Source: Dehalococcoidia bacterium
Lineage (GTDB): Bacteria > Chloroflexota > Dehalococcoidia > UBA2979
NCBI GenBank assembly: GCA_023228825.1
Contig: JALOAL010000003.1
Coordinates: 198,958 to 262,957, forward strand
DNA length: 64,000 bases
Direction: 5' to 3'
Each line of letters starts with the position of its first letter. The first letter of the stretch is position 1. Below are positions 36,965-47,780 of this stretch, in pieces. Position numbers and translations under genes: made by a program. The notes beneath the pieces were generated by a model. It saw only the letters and a program-made list of their open reading frames with translations, was not told the origin of the DNA and searched no databases.

Positions 36965-37743
36965 CAGGCGGTTGCCCCTTCCAGGAGCCCCAACTCCTTC
37001 AGAATCGGGTCGTAGCCGCCGGCCTCGATTTCCTTGGCCAGCGAGAACCCGCCGGACTTCACGATCTGGCCCTTGACCAGGACGTGGACGTAGTCCGGCT
37101 CGATGTAGCTCAGGATGCGTTCGTAGTGGGTGATGATGAGGACGCCCATGTCCGGCCGGCGCAACGCTTGCACGCCCTCCGCCACGGTCCGAAGTGCGTC
37201 CACGTCCAGTCCGGAGTCCGTCTCGTCCAGGATGGCCAGGTCGGGCTTCAGCAGGCCCATCTGCAGGATCTCGGCGCGCTTCTTCTCGCCGCCGGAGAAG
37301 CCCTCGTTGACGTAGCGGCGGGCCATGTCCTCGCTCATCTTGAGGCTGGCCAGCGTCTCCCGGAGTTCTTGCAGGAACTCACGGGCCGGGACTTCCGCAC
37401 CGCGCCGCGCCTTCAGCGCCTCCCGCATCAGGTTGACCATGGTCACGCCCGGGATGGGGGTGGGGTACTGGAAGGAGAGGAACACGCCCTTGCGCGCGCG
37501 TTCGTCAGCGGGGGCCTCCGTGATGTCCTCACCCTTGAGCAGGACCTGGCCTTCATCCACGGTGTAGGAGGGGCTGCCGGCAATGGTGTTCGCCAGCGTG
37601 CTCTTCCCGGAGCCGTTGGGCCCCATCAACGCGTGGATCTCGCCGGGGCGGATCGTCAGGTCCAACCCCTTGAGGAGTTGGATGTCCGGCTGCTCCGTGA
37701 TGCTTGCCTTCAACCCGCGCAGTTCGAGGATCGGTTCACTCAT
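36964..37743 (-). CDS. sufC: Fe-S cluster assembly ATPase SufC
   Basis: Walker [10 protein letters not shown], signature FSGGEKKR, Walker [16 protein letters not shown]-loop. Confidence 0.9.
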   Translation of the reverse strand: MSEPILELRGLKASITEQPDIQLLKGLDLTIRPGEIHALMGPNGSGKSTLANTIAGSPSYTVDEGQVLLKGEDITEAPADERARKGVFLSFQYPTPIPGVTMVNLMREALKARRGAEVPAREFLQELRETLASLKMSEDMARRYVNEGFSGGEKKRAEILQMGLLKPDLAILDETDSGLDVDALRTVAEGVQALRRPDMGVLIITHYERILSYIEPDYVHVLVKGQIVKSGGFSLAKEIEAGGYDPILKELGLLEGATA

Positions 37744-38462
37744 CGCTGGCTCGCTGTCCCTTTCTGGGTGAGCACCGGCAGCAGGCCACCTGCCTGTCCG
37801 GCCTCCACAGACTCGGCCGCAGGGGTCGCCCCCTTCGGCACGAGATACTCACACTGGTGGCCGCCTTCTGCGACCGTCATGACTTGTTCAACGGGGGCGC
37901 CCAGCAACAACTCGATCGTCCGGCGGTCCGCCGCGCAGCACGCATGCGTCTCCATGGCCGTCGAGCGGTAGGGACAGCCGGCGTTCTTCAACGTGAAGAA
38001 GTCGCCCCCGTCCTCCACCTCGCGCAGGATGCCCTCTTCGGTGAGCGCGACCAGCACCTGCTGCACGCGCTCTTCCAGCCGGTCCGCCGTCACCCGCGAG
38101 CGGTACTCGTCCGCTACGGACTCCGCCACGCGGTCGAAGAGCACGTCCAGGATGGCGGGGCCGCCCTCGTCCACCTCGTCCGGCGTCAGTTGCGCCAGCG
38201 CCGGGGAGAGTCGGTCCAGCAATCGCTGGTAGTGCTCCGCGCTACGGGCTTCCTCGCCCGCCTCGCTCAGTGCGTACCGGGTGACGGGCCGCCCGCGAGG
38301 CATGCGCTCCAGGCGCGCCGCCACCAGGCCGTCCGCCACCATGATGTCCAGGTGCCGCCGCACGGAACCGTCCGAGACGCCGACGACCTCGGCCAGATCG
38401 GCCACGGTACACTCGCCCCGCTCAAAGAGCAGGCGCAAGACCTCGTCCCTGGTGCGTTCCAC
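37740..38462 (-). CDS. sufR: SufR-type transcriptional regulator (ArsR-family wHTH with C-terminal Cys cluster)
   Basis: N-terminal wHTH (ECTVADLAEVVGVSDGSVRRHLDIMVADGLV), C-terminal Cys cluster (NAGCPYRS...HACCAADRRT...HQCEY). First gene of the suf operon. Confidence 0.7.
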   Translation of the reverse strand: MERTRDEVLRLLFERGECTVADLAEVVGVSDGSVRRHLDIMVADGLVAARLERMPRGRPVTRYALSEAGEEARSAEHYQRLLDRLSPALAQLTPDEVDEGGPAILDVLFDRVAESVADEYRSRVTADRLEERVQQVLVALTEEGILREVEDGGDFFTLKNAGCPYRSTAMETHACCAADRRTIELLLGAPVEQVMTVAEGGHQCEYLVPKGATPAAESVEAGQAGGLLPVLTQKGTASQR

Positions 38463-38713
38463 TGGAATGGCGAGCCCCCGTCCTCTGTACCCATCCTAGG
38501 TTCGGGGAGGGCCGCAGTCAACGTTTTTTGCATTTTATTGCAGGTATATGAGCAAACTCAGTCCGGGCAAACTCTCGCACTTAGCCTCGACTATGTGATC
38601 TCGCTCACAAGCACCCGGATTTGTCCCGGCCACCGCGCCCCCCCTACGATGCGCCCGCAGCGACCCCGCAAGCGCTACGAGCGCCACGAGCCTCACGAAT
38701 CGAGGGAGTACCG
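38463..38713. promoter_or_regulatory. AT-rich divergent promoter/operator region between sufR and the MaoC gene
   Basis: Locally AT-rich sequence in a 70% GC genome (caacgttttttgcattttattgcaggtatatgagcaaactcag...). Direct repeat GCAAACTC x2. Candidate SufR operator. Confidence 0.4.
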
Positions 38714-39136
38714 ATGGCTGACGACGTGCAAGGGCTGACGGTGGGCGCCAGCGCGTCCTACACCACCACGGTCACGCAAGAGGCCGTGGCTACGTTCTCG
38801 GAGGTAACGGGCGACCGTAACCCGCTGCACACGGACGCCGAGTACGCGAAGCGCACGCGCTTCCAGCAGCCCATCGCCCACGGCATGTTCGGCGCGGGCG
38901 CCATCTCCGCCGCCATCGGCACGCGGCTGGCCCCGGACGCGGTCTGCATCTACCTGGGCCAGAACATGCAGTTCCGCGCGCCCGTGATGCCCGGCGACGA
39001 GATCACGGCCACCGTCACGGTCACCAAGGTGGATGCGGAGCGTTCTCGCGTCTCGCTCGATACAGTAGTCACCAAGCAAGACGGAACCGAGGTCATCCGG
39101 GGGGATGCCCTGGTGATGGTCGAGGCGCTGGCCTGA
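38714..39136 (+). CDS. MaoC-like (R)-specific enoyl-CoA hydratase/dehydratase (hotdog fold)
   Basis: GDRNPLHTDAEYAKRTRFQQPIAHGMF hotdog signature. Confidence 0.75.
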   Translation: MADDVQGLTVGASASYTTTVTQEAVATFSEVTGDRNPLHTDAEYAKRTRFQQPIAHGMFGAGAISAAIGTRLAPDAVCIYLGQNMQFRAPVMPGDEITATVTVTKVDAERSRVSLDTVVTKQDGTEVIRGDALVMVEALA

Positions 39137-39218
39137 CCTCCGCGCCACCCCTGCTCCGGCAGCGGAGCACCCCGGACGCGGAGACGGCTCGACCTCGGCG
39201 AGCACGGGACTGCCGATC

Positions 39219-40904
39219 ATGATCAAGCCCGAGACCCCAGCCACCCTGGACGAGATCCGCGCCGCACGACAGGCGTGGGAGGACAAGGCCGTCGCCCGGG
39301 TGCTGGCGCGCTTCCCGGAACGGAAGCAGCGCTTCGAGTCCTCTTCCGCGCCGCAGGAGCGCCTCTACACGCCGGAGGACACGGCGGATCTGGACTACCT
39401 GCGGGACGTGGGCTTCCCGGGCCAGTTCCCCTTCACCCGCGGCGTGCAGCCCACGATGTACCGAGGCCGCCTCTGGACCATGCGCCAGTACGCCGGCTTC
39501 GGCACCGCGCAGGAGACCAACGAGCGCTTCAAGCACCTGCTTGCGAACGGCCAGACCGGCCTCTCCACCGCCTTCGACCTCCCCACACAGACCGGCTACG
39601 ACTCGGACGACCCCATGTCCGCCGGCGAGGTGGGCCAGGTGGGCGTCGCCATCGACTCGCTGGCGGACATGGAGACGCTGTTCGAGGGCATCCCGCTGGA
39701 CCAGGTGTCCACCTCCATGACCATCAACGCGCCGGCGGCCATGCTGGTGGCGATGTACATGGTGGCGGCGGAGAAGCAGGGCCACGAGCGCAGCGTGGTG
39801 ATGGGCACCGCCCAGAACGACGTGCTGAAGGAGTACGTGGCCCGCGGCACCTACATCTTCCCGCCCACAGAGTCCGTGCGGCTGGCGGCGAACCTGATCA
39901 ACTTCTGCGCCGCGGAGGCGCCTCGGTTCAACTCGATCTCCGTCTCCGGCTACCACATCCGGGAGGCCGGCTCCACGGCCGCGCAGGAGATCGCCTTCGC
40001 CTTCGCCAACGCCATCGCCTACCTGGAGGAGTGCAAGCGCCAGGGCGGCGACCTGAACGAGAGCGCGCAGCGCGTCTCCTGGATCTTCAACACCCACAAC
40101 CACTTCTTCGAGGAGGTGGCGAAGTACCGAGCGCTGCGCCGCCTCTGGGCGCGCCTGATGGTGGAGCGCTTCGGCATCACCAACGCACAGGCGCAGATGC
40201 TGCGCACGCACACCCAGACCGGCGGCTCCACGCTGACCGCGCAGCAGCCCAAGAACAACATCGCGCGCGCGGCCCTGCAGGCCCTGGCGGCGGTGACCGG
40301 CGGCGTACAGTCGCTGGCCCTGTCCTGCTACGACGAGGCGCTGGCGCTCCCCACCACGGAGGCGCAGCAGATCGCACTGCGCACGCAGCAGATCATCGCC
40401 TTCGAGTCCGGCGCGGCCGACACGGTGGACCCGCTGGCTGGCTCCTACTACGTGGAGGACCTGACCAACCGCCTGGAGCAGGAGGCGCGTCACATCATGG
40501 AGCGCATCCAGGACATGGGCGGCTCCGTCGCGGCCATCGAGGGCGGCTGGATGCAGGCCGAGATCCAGGAGGCCTCCATGCACTGGCAGCGCCAGGTGGA
40601 GTCCGGGGAGCGCATCATCGTGGGCGTGAACGAGTACGTGGACCCGGACGAGGACGCCACACCCATCTTCCGCCCCAACCTGGAGGTGGTGGGCGCCCAA
40701 CTCACCCGCCTGCAGCAGGTGCGCGCCGGACGCGACCAGGCGGCCACGGATGCCGCACTTGCACGCCTGCGCGAGGCGTCCCGGCAGGACGTGAACCTGA
40801 TGGAGCCGATCATCGAGGCCGTCCGCACGTACGCCACGCTGGGCGAGATGTGCGGCGTCCTGCGCGAGGAGTGGGGCGAGTACATTCCGCCCACCGTCGT
40901 GTAA
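39219..40904 (+). CDS. methylmalonyl-CoA mutase family catalytic (N-terminal, substrate-binding) subunit without B12-binding domain
   Basis: About 561 aa TIM-barrel MCM domain (RLWTMRQYAGFGTAQETNERFKHLLANGQTGLSTAFDLPTQTGYDSD). No C-terminal B12-binding DxHxxG module, and no small subunit adjacent in the window. Confidence 0.85.
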   Translation: MIKPETPATLDEIRAARQAWEDKAVARVLARFPERKQRFESSSAPQERLYTPEDTADLDYLRDVGFPGQFPFTRGVQPTMYRGRLWTMRQYAGFGTAQETNERFKHLLANGQTGLSTAFDLPTQTGYDSDDPMSAGEVGQVGVAIDSLADMETLFEGIPLDQVSTSMTINAPAAMLVAMYMVAAEKQGHERSVVMGTAQNDVLKEYVARGTYIFPPTESVRLAANLINFCAAEAPRFNSISVSGYHIREAGSTAAQEIAFAFANAIAYLEECKRQGGDLNESAQRVSWIFNTHNHFFEEVAKYRALRRLWARLMVERFGITNAQAQMLRTHTQTGGSTLTAQQPKNNIARAALQALAAVTGGVQSLALSCYDEALALPTTEAQQIALRTQQIIAFESGAADTVDPLAGSYYVEDLTNRLEQEARHIMERIQDMGGSVAAIEGGWMQAEIQEASMHWQRQVESGERIIVGVNEYVDPDEDATPIFRPNLEVVGAQLTRLQQVRAGRDQAATDAALARLREASRQDVNLMEPIIEAVRTYATLGEMCGVLREEWGEYIPPTVV

Positions 40905-41062
40905 CCACTCGTGAGCCATCGTCCGGCGGAGGTCGGCAGAGCGCAGGGTGCGCGCTGCCACCAGGCTGGACGGTCAAGAGCAGGTACCCCATCCCCCCGG
41001 GGCCGGGTACCGACAGAACAGAGCGCCCCGGGGGCGGGGCTTGATTCGGGAGGCACAACGCA

Positions 41063-41809
41063 ATGGGGGCATTGGACGGTCAGGTCGCACTCGTGACCGG
41101 CGGCAGCCGCGGCATTGGCCGCGCCACCGCGATCGCGCTGGCGGAAGAAGGCGCCAACGTGGTCATCAACTACACCTCGAACGAAGATGCGGCGAAGGCG
41201 ACCGCGGCGGCGTGTGAGCAGCACGGCGTCCAGACGCTCGTGGTGCAGGCGGACGTCGCCAACGTGGAGGACGCCCAGCGCCTGGTGAAGGCTGCCGAGG
41301 AACAGTTCGAGAAGATCGACATCCTGGTGAACAACGCCGGCATCAACCGCGACAAGACCGTGGCGCGCATGGCGCCGGAGGACTGGGACGCGGTGGTCCA
41401 GACGGACCTGTCGTCCGCCTTCTACGTCACCAACGCCGCGGTGGGCGGCATGCGCACCCGCAAGTACGGGCGCATCATCCAGATCTCGTCGATCCAGGGC
41501 CAGCAGGGCGCGGTGGGCCTCTCCAACTATGCCGCCGCCAAGGGAGGCATGATCGCCTTCACCAAGTCCGCGGCGCGTGAACTGGCGCGCGACAACATCA
41601 CCGTCAACGCCATCTGCCCGGGCTACGTCGAGACCGACATGATCTCTGGCCTCTCGGACGAGGTGAAACAGACCCTGCTCTCGCGCATCCCCCTGGGCCG
41701 CTTCGGCCGGCCCGAGGAAGTCGCGCAGACCGTGGTGTTCCTGGCGAAGCCGTCCGGCGACTTCTACACCGGCGCGCAGTTGAACCTGAACGGCGGCGAA
41801 TACATGTAG
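41063..41809 (+). CDS. SDR-family 3-oxoacyl reductase (acetoacetyl-CoA reductase PhaB/FabG-like)
   Basis: TGGSRGIGRA, NNAGI, YAAAKGG catalytic motif. Typical 248 aa. Confidence 0.8.
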   Translation: MGALDGQVALVTGGSRGIGRATAIALAEEGANVVINYTSNEDAAKATAAACEQHGVQTLVVQADVANVEDAQRLVKAAEEQFEKIDILVNNAGINRDKTVARMAPEDWDAVVQTDLSSAFYVTNAAVGGMRTRKYGRIIQISSIQGQQGAVGLSNYAAAKGGMIAFTKSAARELARDNITVNAICPGYVETDMISGLSDEVKQTLLSRIPLGRFGRPEEVAQTVVFLAKPSGDFYTGAQLNLNGGEYM

Positions 41810-41885
41810 CGAGGGCTCTCCTCGCAGCGCTCCGGCCGTGTTCCCCGAATCTTCACGGGAGCCGCACTGAGAACTTGACCGCCAC

Positions 41886-41909
41886 GGGCCGCCCTCAGGA
41901 GGGCGGCCC
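41886..41909. terminator. stem-loop terminator candidate downstream of the SDR gene
   Basis: Perfect 10-bp inverted repeat GGGCCGCCCT-cagg-AGGGCGGCCC. Confidence 0.5.
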
Positions 41910-41984
41910 GTACACTATCTCCAACCTCTGACCGCCACCTGACAGCCCTCGGCCGCCGCCCTCCGAGGCCCGCTCGGACTGCCT

Positions 41985-44021
41985 TTGCGTTACCAGGTCA
42001 CGACCGTCGTCATTGGCATCGTCACGTTCGTGGCGCTGGGGGCGGCCGCCCTCTTCATCGGCCTCTCCCTCTCCTCGGGCGACGACGGCCGCCGCCAGCG
42101 CGCAGCCGAGGCCGAGTTCGAGGCGTTCCAGGCGGCCCTGCTCGCACGTGCGGACGGTCTTCGCGGCCACGCGGTCGGCCTCCTCCAGCAGGAGGAGGTC
42201 GTGCGCTTCGCCGTCACCGGCGGCTCGCCCCCCTCCCTCCTCACCTTCGGCCGAGCATCGCGAGGCGGCGCGGACTACCTCCTGGTCTCCGGCCCCGGCC
42301 GCGCCCTGGTGTTCGAGAACGGGCTGATGGACTCCATCGTCCACGGCGTCAACGACACCTCGCCGCAGGCCCTTGCCCTCCTGGACGGCGCGACGGCGGG
42401 CGGCATCTTCGACTTCGCGGAGGGCCCGGTGCTCGCCGCCGGCGCCGCCACCAGCCCCGGCACGGAGCGCGCCGCCGTGGCGCTGGGCCTGCGCCTGGAC
42501 ACGGAGGCGCTCGAGGCGCTGGCGGGGGGCGGCGAGCGGCGCGTCACGCTGACGTGGGCCAGCGACGGGAGCGAGCCGGACGGCGTGCGCGTGCAGGGCG
42601 GCGCCACCCCGGGCCGCGTTGCCATTGTCGGCCCCGTGGCTCTCGCGGAGGCGAACCGCGCGCTGGTCGCGGCCGTGGAGGTGCCGGCCTCGGTGCTGCC
42701 GGAAGCCGCGGATCAGGGGCTCTCGCGCTGGCTGATTGTGATGCTCGCCTTCGGCGGTGCAGGCATCGTCGCGTTCGGCGTGGTGGTGCGCGTAATGGCC
42801 GGCGGCATCGACGACGTACGCTCCGGCCTCCTCGCCGCGCAGGAGACCGAGGGCAACCCAGCCGTCCTCGACTCCCTGGCCGGCAGTGACGAGGTGGGAC
42901 GCACGGCGGCGCAGGCCGCCGCCACGCTCCGCACCGTGCGCGAGCGCACCGTCGCCGCGATCGACGAGGCGCGCGTGGCCACGGCCAGGCAACTGCTGGG
43001 CGAGCACGTGATCCGGTCGATGCACGAAGGCGTGCTCGTGGAGCGCTCGGACACTACGTGCATCGTCCTGAACCCCGCGGCCACGGACCTGCTGCAGGTG
43101 GAGCCGGCGACCGTCCTGGGCGTGCGCAACGGCATCCGCGAAGTGCTGGGGGGCGCCCTCTACCAGCGCCTGCGCGAGCGCGCCCATGACCGTGACCTGG
43201 CTCAGCGCCTGGAGGTCTTCTCGCTGGGCGGCCGCGACCTCGCCTTCGACGCGTACGAGGTGCCGGAGTACCGCAGCGACGGCCACAGCCTGCTGATCAT
43301 CATCCGAGACGTCTCCGCCGTCCTGGAGGTGGAGCAACTGAAGCGCGACGTAGTCTCCGTGGTCAGCCACGAACTGCGCACGCCGCTGACCGTGGTGGCC
43401 CTCTCGATCGGGATGCTGGACGAACCCGGCGCGGACCAGGCGCAACTGGTGGCGGCCGCGGAGCGCAACGTGCAGCGCATGCGCGAACTGGTGGACGACA
43501 TGCTTGACCTCGCTCGCCTCGAAAGCGGGCAGGCCACGCTGGACCACGAGGCCCACAATCCGGTCACGCTGGTCCAGGAGGTCCTGCAGTTCCTGCGGCC
43601 GCAGGCGGAGGCGAAACAGGTCACCGTCCGCGACGCCGTGGACGGTGACCTCCCCGACGTAGTCGAAGTGGACCGCAAGCAGGTCCAGCGTGCGGTAACG
43701 AACCTGGTGAGCAACGCCGTGAAGTTCAGCCCGTCCGGCTCGGACGTGTGGGTGGTCCTCCGCCCCGGCGGCGACTGGCTCTACATCGACGTGGCGGACT
43801 CCGGGCCCGGCATCCCGCACGAGGAGCAGGCGCGCATCTTCACGCGCTTCTACCGCGCCTCCAACACGCGCGAGCAGGCCACGGGGACGGGCCTCGGCCT
43901 GCCGATCGTGCGCCAGATCGCGGAGTTGCACGGCGGCCGCGCGGACCTGCTTCCCACCGAGCAGGGCTCCTACTTCCGCATCACCCTCCCCGTCCGCGCC
44001 CCCACCCAGATCGAGGGCTAG
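41985..44021 (+). CDS. sensor histidine kinase with large extracytoplasmic domain (orphan)
   Basis: TM1 (VVIGIVTFVALGAAALFIGL), periplasmic region of about 210 aa, TM2, PAS-like region, HisKA H-box SHELRTPLT, HATPase_c (GLGLPIVRQIAELHGG). No response regulator adjacent. Confidence 0.8.
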   Translation: MRYQVTTVVIGIVTFVALGAAALFIGLSLSSGDDGRRQRAAEAEFEAFQAALLARADGLRGHAVGLLQQEEVVRFAVTGGSPPSLLTFGRASRGGADYLLVSGPGRALVFENGLMDSIVHGVNDTSPQALALLDGATAGGIFDFAEGPVLAAGAATSPGTERAAVALGLRLDTEALEALAGGGERRVTLTWASDGSEPDGVRVQGGATPGRVAIVGPVALAEANRALVAAVEVPASVLPEAADQGLSRWLIVMLAFGGAGIVAFGVVVRVMAGGIDDVRSGLLAAQETEGNPAVLDSLAGSDEVGRTAAQAAATLRTVRERTVAAIDEARVATARQLLGEHVIRSMHEGVLVERSDTTCIVLNPAATDLLQVEPATVLGVRNGIREVLGGALYQRLRERAHDRDLAQRLEVFSLGGRDLAFDAYEVPEYRSDGHSLLIIIRDVSAVLEVEQLKRDVVSVVSHELRTPLTVVALSIGMLDEPGADQAQLVAAAERNVQRMRELVDDMLDLARLESGQATLDHEAHNPVTLVQEVLQFLRPQAEAKQVTVRDAVDGDLPDVVEVDRKQVQRAVTNLVSNAVKFSPSGSDVWVVLRPGGDWLYIDVADSGPGIPHEEQARIFTRFYRASNTREQATGTGLGLPIVRQIAELHGGRADLLPTEQGSYFRITLPVRAPTQIEG

Positions 44022-44057
44022 CACTTCTGGCCCCCTTGCGGCGCGCCGCGAGAAGTG
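44022..44057. terminator. hairpin immediately after the HK stop
   Basis: CACTTCT...AGAAGTG 7-bp stem enclosing the GC palindrome gcggcgcgccgc. Confidence 0.35.
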
Positions 44058-44122
44058 GCATCCTCCGCCGTCCGCGCTCGCTCCACGCACCCCCGGCGCG
44101 CCACTGATCGAGGAGGCTCGGA

Positions 44123-44716
44123 ATGCCGTCGCCTGATGGCCCTATCGGCAGGCGGGTGGTTGTGGTCGGGACGACGTCCAGCGGCAAGAGCACGCTGGGC
44201 GCCAGGCTCTCGAAAACCCTCGGTGTGCCGTTCGTGGAACTGGACGCGCTCAACTGGGAGCCCAACTGGCATTCTGTGGCCGAGCACGATCCGGCCGAGT
44301 TCGAACGCCGCATCCGAGAGGCTACCGAGGGCGACGGCTGGGTGGTCGCCGGCTCCTACTCGAAGTTCTCGGAGCGCACCTTCTGGCCGCGGCTGGAGAC
44401 CGTGGTGTGGCTGGACCTGCCGCTGCGCCTCGTGCTGTGGCGGGTGGTCACCCGCTCCTGGCGTCGGTGGCGGACGAAGGAACTGCTCTGGGGGACGAAC
44501 ACCGAGAACCTCTGGACGCACCTGAAGTTGTGGAGTCCCGACTCCCTGATCTACTGGGCCGTGACGACGCATCGGGTCAAGCGCCGACGCTACCTGGCGC
44601 AGATGACGGACCCCGCCTGGGCGCACATCCGTTACATCCGCCTCACCACCCCCGCAGAGGTCGAGGCGTTCGCACGAGCGGTCGAGGCGGGCACCGCTTC
44701 CGCCACAGAGGCCTAA
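44123..44716 (+). CDS. P-loop NTPase (adenylate/shikimate-kinase-like AAA domain protein)
   Basis: Walker A VVVVGTTSSGKSTLG. About 197 aa kinase-like size. Confidence 0.55.
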   Translation: MPSPDGPIGRRVVVVGTTSSGKSTLGARLSKTLGVPFVELDALNWEPNWHSVAEHDPAEFERRIREATEGDGWVVAGSYSKFSERTFWPRLETVVWLDLPLRLVLWRVVTRSWRRWRTKELLWGTNTENLWTHLKLWSPDSLIYWAVTTHRVKRRRYLAQMTDPAWAHIRYIRLTTPAEVEAFARAVEAGTASATEA

Positions 44717-44794
44717 CCCGGGGGCTACCATCGTCCGGCCACCATCACCGAACGCGCGCCTCGATCCAAGGGGGCGACGAGACAGGGGGACAGG

Positions 44795-45460
44795 ATGGCG
44801 GAACGACTGCGGTTCTCGGCGGCGGCCGCCTACCGACACCTCCGCCAGGTCGACCCTGTCGTCGGCCGCCTGATCGAGGAGCACGGGCCGTACCGGCCTC
44901 GACCGGCCATGGACCACTACGAGTCGCTACTACGCACGGTCATGTTCCAGCAGTTGAACGGCCGCGCCGCCTCCGCCATCCAGGAGCGGTGGATGGGCCT
45001 CTACGGCGGGCGCTACCCCACCCCCAGCGAGTTACTGGCCACCACGGACGAGGCGTTCCGCGCGGTGGGCGTCTCCCGCCAGAAGAGCGGCTACCTGCGC
45101 GACATCGCGGAGCGCATGCTCTCGGGCGCCCTCGACTTCCGGCGCCTGGACGAGATGTCGGACGAAGCGATCGTGGAACAGGTGACGGCGGTCAAGGGAC
45201 TGGGCGAGTGGTCCGCGCACATGTTCCTGATGTTCCAACTCGGACGGCCGGACGTGCTGCCCATTGGCGACTTCGGGGTGCGCAACGGGATGCGGCTAGC
45301 CTACGGCCTGCGTGAGATGCCCTCGCCCGCCCGCGCTCGGGAGATCGGCGCGCCGTGGGAGCCCTACCGGTCCGTGGGGGCGTGGTACATGTGGCGCGCC
45401 ACCGAAGGCATCACCGAGTACGTGAGCGACACGGAGCCCGAGGCCACGCCCGCAGGGTAG
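44795..45460 (+). CDS. HhH-GPD DNA glycosylase (3-methyladenine DNA glycosylase II/AlkA-like)
   Basis: HhH-GPD motif VKGLGEWSAHMFLMFQLGRPDVLPIGDFGV with catalytic Asp. Confidence 0.75.
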   Translation: MAERLRFSAAAAYRHLRQVDPVVGRLIEEHGPYRPRPAMDHYESLLRTVMFQQLNGRAASAIQERWMGLYGGRYPTPSELLATTDEAFRAVGVSRQKSGYLRDIAERMLSGALDFRRLDEMSDEAIVEQVTAVKGLGEWSAHMFLMFQLGRPDVLPIGDFGVRNGMRLAYGLREMPSPARAREIGAPWEPYRSVGAWYMWRATEGITEYVSDTEPEATPAG

Positions 45461-45507
45461 CCACGCCCGCGGGGTAGCCACGCCCGCGAGGTAGCCACGC
45501 GGCTACC
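45444..45507. repeat. 17-bp x3.5 tandem repeat overlapping the glycosylase stop codon
   Basis: ccacgcccgcagggTAG / ccacgcccgcggggtag / ccacgcccgcgaggtag / ccacgcggctacc. The first unit encodes ...ATPAG-stop. Followed by the hairpin GTAGCCacgcGGCTAC. Confidence 0.6.
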
Positions 45508-45658
45508 GGGCGGGCCGAGGCGCCCCCTCGTACCGGGCTCGTGCCGGGATCGCCAGCCCCTGCCCCGCCTCACTCCTATACTGGCGCGAGCAGTGAGTCG
45601 GCAGCCCTCGGCAGCGCGTAGGCGCGGGGGCGTACGGTAACGGCAAGGATCCCCACCC

Positions 45659-46564
45659 ATGCGCATTGTCCTCTTCGGCCAGGCTGCCTTTGGCAAGGAT
45701 GTCCTGGAGGCGCTGCTCGCGGCGGGCGAAGAGGTGGTGGGCGTCTCCACGCCTCGACAGGACACGCGCCCCGACCCGCTGTTCGAGGCGTCCACGGCGC
45801 ACAAGATCCCCGTCATCGAGACGCCCAGCCTGCGGCAGGACGAGCCCTTCCAGCGCTACCTGGAGTGGAAGCCGGACCTGCTGGTCTTCGCCTTCGTCAC
45901 TGACATCGTGCGCAAGCGCGTGCTGGACGCGGCCACCTACGGCGCCATCCAGTACCACCCCTCCCTGCTCCCCCTGCACCGAGGCCGCGCGGCCATGAAC
46001 TGGGCGATTATGTCCGGCGCCACCAAGACCGGCCTCTCCATCTTCTGGGTGGACGAGGGCATCGACACCGGCCCCATCCTCCTCCAGCGCGAGGTGGAGA
46101 TTGAGCCGGACGACTCCGTGGGCTCGCTGTACTTCAACCGCCTCTATCCCATGGGCGTGGAGGCGCTGGGCGAGGCGGTGCGGCGGGTGCGGGAGGGCAA
46201 CGCCCCGCGCGAGGAGCAGGACGACGTCGACGCCACCTACGAGCCCCCCGTGGCCGATGAGCACGCCCGCATCGACTGGCACCAGCACGGGCGGGTGGTG
46301 CACAACATCATCCGCGGATGCGACCCGCAGCCCGGCGCCTGGGCCATCGTCCGAGGCCAGCCGGTTCGCCTCTTCGGCTCCCACTGGCGGCCCGGGCACC
46401 CGGACCAGCCCCCCGGCACGGTCATCGCCACCGTGGACACCAGCGTGGAGATCGCCACCATCGGCGGCACGCTGACCATTGACCGCGTCCAGCGCGAGGG
46501 CCAGCCAAAGGCGCCAGCGGTGGACGCCCTCCAGGCAGGCGACGTGCTGGAGCGTCCGTCGTAG
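45659..46564 (+). CDS. formyltransferase family protein (methionyl-tRNA formyltransferase-like fold)
   Basis: N-terminal formyl_trans_N (MRIVLFG...; HPSLLPLHRGRAAMNWAIMSG) and a C-terminal Fmt-like domain. Not adjacent to def. Confidence 0.7.
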   Translation: MRIVLFGQAAFGKDVLEALLAAGEEVVGVSTPRQDTRPDPLFEASTAHKIPVIETPSLRQDEPFQRYLEWKPDLLVFAFVTDIVRKRVLDAATYGAIQYHPSLLPLHRGRAAMNWAIMSGATKTGLSIFWVDEGIDTGPILLQREVEIEPDDSVGSLYFNRLYPMGVEALGEAVRRVREGNAPREEQDDVDATYEPPVADEHARIDWHQHGRVVHNIIRGCDPQPGAWAIVRGQPVRLFGSHWRPGHPDQPPGTVIATVDTSVEIATIGGTLTIDRVQREGQPKAPAVDALQAGDVLERPS

Positions 46565-46636
46565 TCACTTCTGTCCGGCGCAGCCAGGTGTGCGCGACCG
46601 TTCGCGCGGAGCATTGTGCGCAGTGAGGAGAGCCAC

Positions 46637-47755
<1,119 letters not shown>

Positions 47756-47780
47756 GGGTTCCGCTCGTCCGGAGCCCGCG

